Origin: a virus
Taxonomy: Duplodnaviria; Caudoviricetes
Direction: 5' to 3' (one strand)
Length of the DNA stretch: 64,000 bases
IMG/VR virus record: IMGVR_UViG_3300022173_000137
Coordinates: 449 to 64,448 of that record
Under the pieces are notes generated by a model, which searched no databases, was not told the DNA's origin, and worked only from the letters and a program-made list of their open reading frames with translations. This document shows positions 59,557 to 64,000 of the stretch, one piece after another. A program made the position numbers and the translations under genes. Numbering within the stretch: position 1 is the first letter of the stretch; every line of letters starts with the position of its first letter.

Positions 59557-60758
59557 CAATGGAGGCTTCAAACACGAGGGCCAGGGGCCGGATGCGCTGG
59601 CTCGTGGTGGACGCAAAGTCCGGTGAAATCGTCCGCCAGACAGACTGGTTCAACAACATCATCCTCAACAACGGCATGGACGAGGTTGCCGCCCGATTCT
59701 GGGGAGACCTGATGGTCTATGGCAGTGTCGGCACTGGCACCACGGCCACCAAGCTGGACTCTGGCGTCATCACGGCGACCCAAGTCGGGTCCACAGTGTC
59801 GGCATCCGCTCCCATCTTTGTCACAGGCGGCGCTCCGTCTGGCGATGTGGGCAACATGATCAAGTGGGACACAGGTGACGAACGGCGCATCACGGCGTTC
59901 ATTGACTCGCAGAACGTCACGGTCACACCTGCTTCACCGAACGCGAACAGCGGGGCCGCAGGCGAGTTCACGATCTTCCGCACCAACCAGACGGGCCTGT
60001 TTGGCGAGGTGAAGCGCACCAACAACTACTTCACAGGACTGCCCAATACAGGGGCGAGCCGTTCAGGGAATGTGGTACGGTTCCGGCGAACCTTTGATCA
60101 CACCGCAGAGGTCTCGAACGTCCAGTACACCGAGGGTGGCGTTTCTTGGGCCAGCAGTGGAGCCAACACACATTTTGCCCGTGTGGTCTTTCCGATCCCA
60201 GTGACTGTTCTCGCAGGCCAGCTCATCCGCGTCGTCTATGAACTGCTCCTGACGCTGACCCCGGCCACGCCCGTCGCACTGCCTTCGACCGTGGTCGGCT
60301 TTGTTGGCGGGAGTGGGAGTGAATCCCGGCAGATGGTCGGACTTGCCACTATTACGCCTACGGGCACCACGGCGAACGCAGGCATCGACAATTCCCAGTG
60401 CAGCGTGGAACCCTCGGTCGGCAGCAGCAACCAGTCGGTGGCGTGGCTGGCCTCGTCCAGCGCCGCCCTGTCGGCCTTCGCGGCTACCCCGACTGACCGT
60501 TCGGGCAGCGCCATCTTCAGCGGTCAACTGACCCTGGTCGGCTACACGGCACTCAGCTTCTTCCGGGACAAGACCATCACGATTGGCACCTCGCAGGGAA
60601 ACAGCACGCAGATCCGCAGCATTGGAATCGGATCGACGAGCAACGGCCAGTACGCCTTCCCCTCTTACGTGCTCCTGCTGGACAGCAATCAGACGAAGAC
60701 GAGCGCCCAGACTTTGGTGCTCACCTTCCGCTTTACCTGGGGTCGCGACCTGCTCTAA
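59553..60758 (+). CDS. Tail fibre/baseplate-type protein, paralogue 3
   Basis: NIILNNGMD, EVKRTNNY, RRTFDH, EGGVSWA, FARVV, GQLIRVVYEL; ATGA overlap start. Confidence 0.75.
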   Translation: MTMEASNTRARGRMRWLVVDAKSGEIVRQTDWFNNIILNNGMDEVAARFWGDLMVYGSVGTGTTATKLDSGVITATQVGSTVSASAPIFVTGGAPSGDVGNMIKWDTGDERRITAFIDSQNVTVTPASPNANSGAAGEFTIFRTNQTGLFGEVKRTNNYFTGLPNTGASRSGNVVRFRRTFDHTAEVSNVQYTEGGVSWASSGANTHFARVVFPIPVTVLAGQLIRVVYELLLTLTPATPVALPSTVVGFVGGSGSESRQMVGLATITPTGTTANAGIDNSQCSVEPSVGSSNQSVAWLASSSAALSAFAATPTDRSGSAIFSGQLTLVGYTALSFFRDKTITIGTSQGNSTQIRSIGIGSTSNGQYAFPSYVLLLDSNQTKTSAQTLVLTFRFTWGRDLL

Positions 60759-60759
60759 G

Positions 60760-61104
60760 TCACCAGTAGAGGAACTGGTGGACGGCACCGGGGTGGCCCC
60801 CGGTCAACTTCTCCTGCGCAAACTTCTGGCCGATGGTCAGGATGGCGTCTCCGTTCTTCCCGGTCAGCTTGGCCAACTGCACGTAGTAGCCTGTCTTCAC
60901 GTCCGTCGCCGTGGCCAGTGTGTAGTCCGCGCCGTCGAGCTTGGAGGTCATCACCCCGTCCGCCTTCACCTCCACGGCCATGAGCACCGAGGAGCAGGTC
61001 TGGTAGAGGCCGACGACCAGCTTCTCAGTGATGACTTCGTGATTGCGCAGGGCGGACTCGATTGCTGCCTGGTGCGTTACGGACAGGAACGGATAGCTTT
61101 TCAT
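60760..61104 (-). CDS. Hypothetical protein
   Basis: 114 aa; GTTCTT-ctgagc-ATG upstream, the same 12-mer as before dam. Confidence 0.65.
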   Translation of the reverse strand: MKSYPFLSVTHQAAIESALRNHEVITEKLVVGLYQTCSSVLMAVEVKADGVMTSKLDGADYTLATATDVKTGYYVQLAKLTGKNGDAILTIGQKFAQEKLTGGHPGAVHQFLYW

Positions 61105-61238
61105 GCTCAGAAGAACCGGCTGCGCGGAATAGAAGCGACTCCCCTTCGGAACAAAGTGAGAAGGGATTGTTGCGGCACTTGGAACATTGGTCCAGGTGCC
61201 GGTGGAAATCTGCGGTCGCGTTGTTGTCTGCCACGGGC

Positions 61239-61685
61239 CTAAGAACTGGCAAAGCTACCGACTGAGAAGAGTTTTTCGACCTCATCCCGGTTGGCGTGCG
61301 CCGGGCACAGCCGATACTGCGCGTGGTTCACCACACTGACCACGGTGTTGGTCCACTCGCCGCAGACTTCGCACTTCTGCTTTGTATGGTCGTCGTTGAC
61401 CGCCCGCATCCCTGTGTCGAGCAGGTAAGCCTTGTAGCAGTCCTGGGCCTCTTGCGGCGTCTCGTGGGCGTGGTCGTGGAACTTGTGCTTGAAGCCCAGC
61501 AGGCGTTCGCGCTCCAGGGTCTGGTGGATGGGCAGGAGCGGCGCTGGGTCTGCGCCTTCATCCAACCAGGTCGGCCAGCCGCCGCAGTAGCCCACGGGAT
61601 AAATCTGTCCGTCGTTCATGCAGGTGTAGTGCCACTTGCCGTCGTTCGGACCACCCCTCAACTGTCTGGAATCGTAGTAGTTCAT
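61239..61685 (-). CDS. Cys/His-rich hypothetical protein
   Basis: 148 aa; YCGG, H.H, CEVCG, LCPAH. Confidence 0.65.
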   Translation of the reverse strand: MNYYDSRQLRGGPNDGKWHYTCMNDGQIYPVGYCGGWPTWLDEGADPAPLLPIHQTLERERLLGFKHKFHDHAHETPQEAQDCYKAYLLDTGMRAVNDDHTKQKCEVCGEWTNTVVSVVNHAQYRLCPAHANRDEVEKLFSVGSFASS

Positions 61686-61688
61686 GTC

Positions 61689-62576
61689 TTAAATAGGCTG
61701 ACTGGCTTCGTTCATTTGGGACTGGTATTCGAGGAACCGATGGAAGCTGACCGGCGTCATCGGCAGCTCGTTAATCTTCGCCTTGGCCAGCAGTTCGGCC
61801 TGGGCCAGCTCCACGTAGTAGGCATCGTTGTCGAACCCTACGAAGAAGGGAACGCCTGCGCGTAACGCAGCGAAGGCTGAGTTCCCGATGCCCAGGAACG
61901 GATCGAGCATCGTGGTTGGGTTCCCGCCGTGCAGCTTGATGCAGTTGTCCACCAGCTCGACCGGGAACGTGGCGGGATGAGGGCGCTGCTTGTTGCGGCT
62001 CTGAATCGTCTTGTAGGGGATGAACCACACGTTGCCACGGCACCGCTTGTCGTTCCCCTCCGTATGACCCCACCGTTTGATGTTCGACTTGTCCTGGTAG
62101 GGAACGCCCAGCGCCAGCCGGTCGATGGGCACGTCACCATCCTTGGTGAAGTGGAAGACAAACTCGTGGCAGTCGTTGAGGAACCGCTTCGAGTTGATCG
62201 GCTTGAAGTGGCCGACCGAGAGCTGTTCACCATTATGCTTGACGGTGATCGACTTGACCCAGTGAATGGTGTTCTGAAGCTTGAACTGCTGGTGGACGCG
62301 GGTCACCACCTGGAAGGCACGCATGGGAGCGGTCGGCGCGGAGCCGACGTTCAGGAAGAAGGAGCCGCCTGGCTTGAGCACACGATGCACGGCGCTGCTC
62401 CACTCCTCCGTCCAGCGGAGATAGTCCGAGAGCGTGCGGTTGTCGTCGTAGCTGTTGTAGTCGATGCCGATGTTGTAGGGCGGCGACGTGACCACGAGAT
62501 CGACGGACTCTTCAGGCAGGTCGGCCATGCCTGCCACGCAGTCCCTGGGAACACAGCAGAATTTCGGTGACATCAT
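61689..62576 (-). CDS. Site-specific DNA methyltransferase (N4-cytosine/N6-adenine, beta class)
   Basis: DLVVTSPPYN (motif IV) precedes HPATFP...MLDPFLGIG (motif I). Start by ATGA overlap with rusA. Confidence 0.92.
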   Translation of the reverse strand: MMSPKFCCVPRDCVAGMADLPEESVDLVVTSPPYNIGIDYNSYDDNRTLSDYLRWTEEWSSAVHRVLKPGGSFFLNVGSAPTAPMRAFQVVTRVHQQFKLQNTIHWVKSITVKHNGEQLSVGHFKPINSKRFLNDCHEFVFHFTKDGDVPIDRLALGVPYQDKSNIKRWGHTEGNDKRCRGNVWFIPYKTIQSRNKQRPHPATFPVELVDNCIKLHGGNPTTMLDPFLGIGNSAFAALRAGVPFFVGFDNDAYYVELAQAELLAKAKINELPMTPVSFHRFLEYQSQMNEASQPI

Positions 62577-63133
62577 GTATGAAATAGAACCCAAACCTCG
62601 GTGCGCTCTTCGCCCGGCCAGCACCAGGTCTTCAGGCAGTCGCCCCAGTAGATGGATGAGTCGTCGTCAAAAAGGCCGTCAATGCTTTTGATGAAATTGT
62701 CGAAGTCAGGCTTTTGCCGATGGCGGGTGCCGACAGTGGCCAACTGCTTTTTCTTTGACCACGAAGCAGCCATCGGGAGAAATACTGAGATGTGGATCTG
62801 TGCCGGTGGAACAGGAGGCAGTTCGCCTGCGGCTAGTTTCATCCGGTCGCAGAACTCGCGGTATCGAAGCACGGCGGGGCGCTTCCTCCAGGCATCGCTC
62901 TGCGTCATGCGCGGCTTGGCCACCGGCTTGCCGGGGACGATGAAACGCATCTCCAGGGTGCCCTCCGGGAACTTATTAGGCCAGCAATGCGGTGGCAGGG
63001 CAGGCTCTGGCTCTGGTGGCACAGGCGGTGGTAGTGGCACTGGATCGACCGGCGAACGCCGGACGTGCGGCACCTTCCCCAGCAGCGCATCCCGGTTGGG
63101 GTGCTGCTCAACCTGTTCTTTTGTCCATCGCAT
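62573..63133 (-). CDS. rusA: RusA-like Holliday junction resolvase
   Basis: PVAKPRMT, HRQKPDFDNFIKS.D....DDS.I. Confidence 0.85.
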   Translation of the reverse strand: MRWTKEQVEQHPNRDALLGKVPHVRRSPVDPVPLPPPVPPEPEPALPPHCWPNKFPEGTLEMRFIVPGKPVAKPRMTQSDAWRKRPAVLRYREFCDRMKLAAGELPPVPPAQIHISVFLPMAASWSKKKQLATVGTRHRQKPDFDNFIKSIDGLFDDDSSIYWGDCLKTWCWPGEERTEVWVLFHT

Positions 63134-63167
63134 TAGTTAGATAGCTGACACTGAGAACGCTTTTTAT

Positions 63168-64000
63168 ATGCCCGACGACACGAACCCGCCTCTAAGCCTT
63201 GATCCCAAGGCCATCAGTGTGCTTCAGCGTTACAAGCTGGTGGATGCCAACGGCAAGCCCGCGCTCATCAACCTGCACATGGACAGGAACGGCAACGCGC
63301 CCAGCCACAGCCGTCCTGACCCGCATCACAAGCCCATCGGCCTGACCCCGCGCATGAACCCCAAAGTGCTCATGCGCTTCGTGGAGGCGGACAAGCTGCC
63401 CAACCGGGCCTGGCTCGACTGGATGCTCAACCAGGCCGCTGGCGGTGGCACGGCCAAGGAGCGTTCCGCAGCGCACTTCGAGAATCTCAAGGCGCGCAAG
63501 ATCGATGGCTGGCGGCGGCATGGCTTCGTGGACCCCAAGACGGGCAAGACGCTGGTCGAGCCGATGGACGCGAAGGCGGCGGAGCGCCTGTGGAAGACCA
63601 AGCAGGCCGGTTACTGGGAAGAGTTTGAGATCGCGGACGAAGACCTGACGGCCAACTTCGCCGGAGCCTACGGGTTCAAGCGCGAGTGGCCGGGTGCGAA
63701 CTCGATCTATGAGAAGGTCACGGAGGCGGTCTCCAAGTTCCAGGCCGCGTTGCCGCAGATCAAGGAATACAACCGTCTCAACGACGCAGAATACAAGGTC
63801 TCCACGGACCCTTCGACCTACACTGGATACGAGGGTCTCAACAAGGTGCTGGCCAGCGTCAACCACTACTTCTCCGCGCAGGAGGCTTACGACGACGTGG
63901 AGTATGACCTCATCCGTGATGACGACGTGATCACGGTGCTGTGCCCGCTGACCTACCGCGCTGCGGTCGAGTACGGCTGGGACGAATGGGAGTGGGCTTC
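63168..64000 (+). CDS. Hypothetical protein, truncated by the window end
   Basis: Read by hand: MPDDTNPPLSL... open to 64000. It ends with V..PLTY.AA..YGW..W, reminiscent of a motif common in large-phage proteins. Confidence 0.7.
   Translation, partial: MPDDTNPPLSLDPKAISVLQRYKLVDANGKPALINLHMDRNGNAPSHSRPDPHHKPIGLTPRMNPKVLMRFVEADKLPNRAWLDWMLNQAAGGGTAKERSAAHFENLKARKIDGWRRHGFVDPKTGKTLVEPMDAKAAERLWKTKQAGYWEEFEIADEDLTANFAGAYGFKREWPGANSIYEKVTEAVSKFQAALPQIKEYNRLNDAEYKVSTDPSTYTGYEGLNKVLASVNHYFSAQEAYDDVEYDLIRDDDVITVLCPLTYRAAVEYGWDEWEWA

Noticed and set aside
63134-63140. TAGTTAG as a late motif for the 63168 gene
   Set aside because: It is 27 nt from the ATG, outside the 3-6 nt spacing, so it was not counted. 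It could still be a promoter with a leader.
1-64000. Alternative genetic code (stop recoding), as in some jumbo phages
   Set aside because: Core genes are full length under the standard code, and TAG, TGA and TAA all end genes at tight overlaps.
1-64000. tRNA, rRNA, integrase/att sites or IS elements
   Set aside because: No recognisable cloverleaf, rRNA, recombinase or transposase was seen by eye. tRNAscan-SE and Infernal would be needed to exclude small RNAs.

Overview
This is 64 kb of a GC-rich, densely coded tailed dsDNA phage genome, probably a large or jumbo myovirus-like phage. I saw no integrase, tRNA, rRNA or CRISPR array. Head and packaging genes: T4 gp23-like major capsid protein, a prohead protease fused to a scaffold-like coil, and a large terminase. 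Tail genes: tape measure, tube/baseplate-like proteins and three tandem paralogous tail proteins. Replication and repair genes: SbcC/Rad50, a family A DNA polymerase with an N-terminal UDG-like Fe-S domain, a DnaB/gp41-like helicase, a family 4 UDG and RusA. There are also two DNA methyltransferases, an 11-gene glycosyltransferase/methyltransferase cluster and many small accessory genes. The most striking observations are three. (1) An SF2 helicase ends in seven ~49-aa repeats that are mosaic at the DNA level, and it overlaps a methyltransferase-like gene. (2) Three classes of motif sit just upstream of start codons (GTTCTT-N6-start, TANNTAR-N3-6-start and sigma70-like TTGAC-16/17-TAnnnT), which suggests largely leaderless, temporally classed transcription; a pseudo-palindromic GTCAAC-N6-GTTKAM operator-like site also recurs. 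(3) A shared N-terminal '...L(I/L)xE' motif marks candidate capsid-targeted internal proteins. All product calls come from motifs read by eye; no database searches were run.
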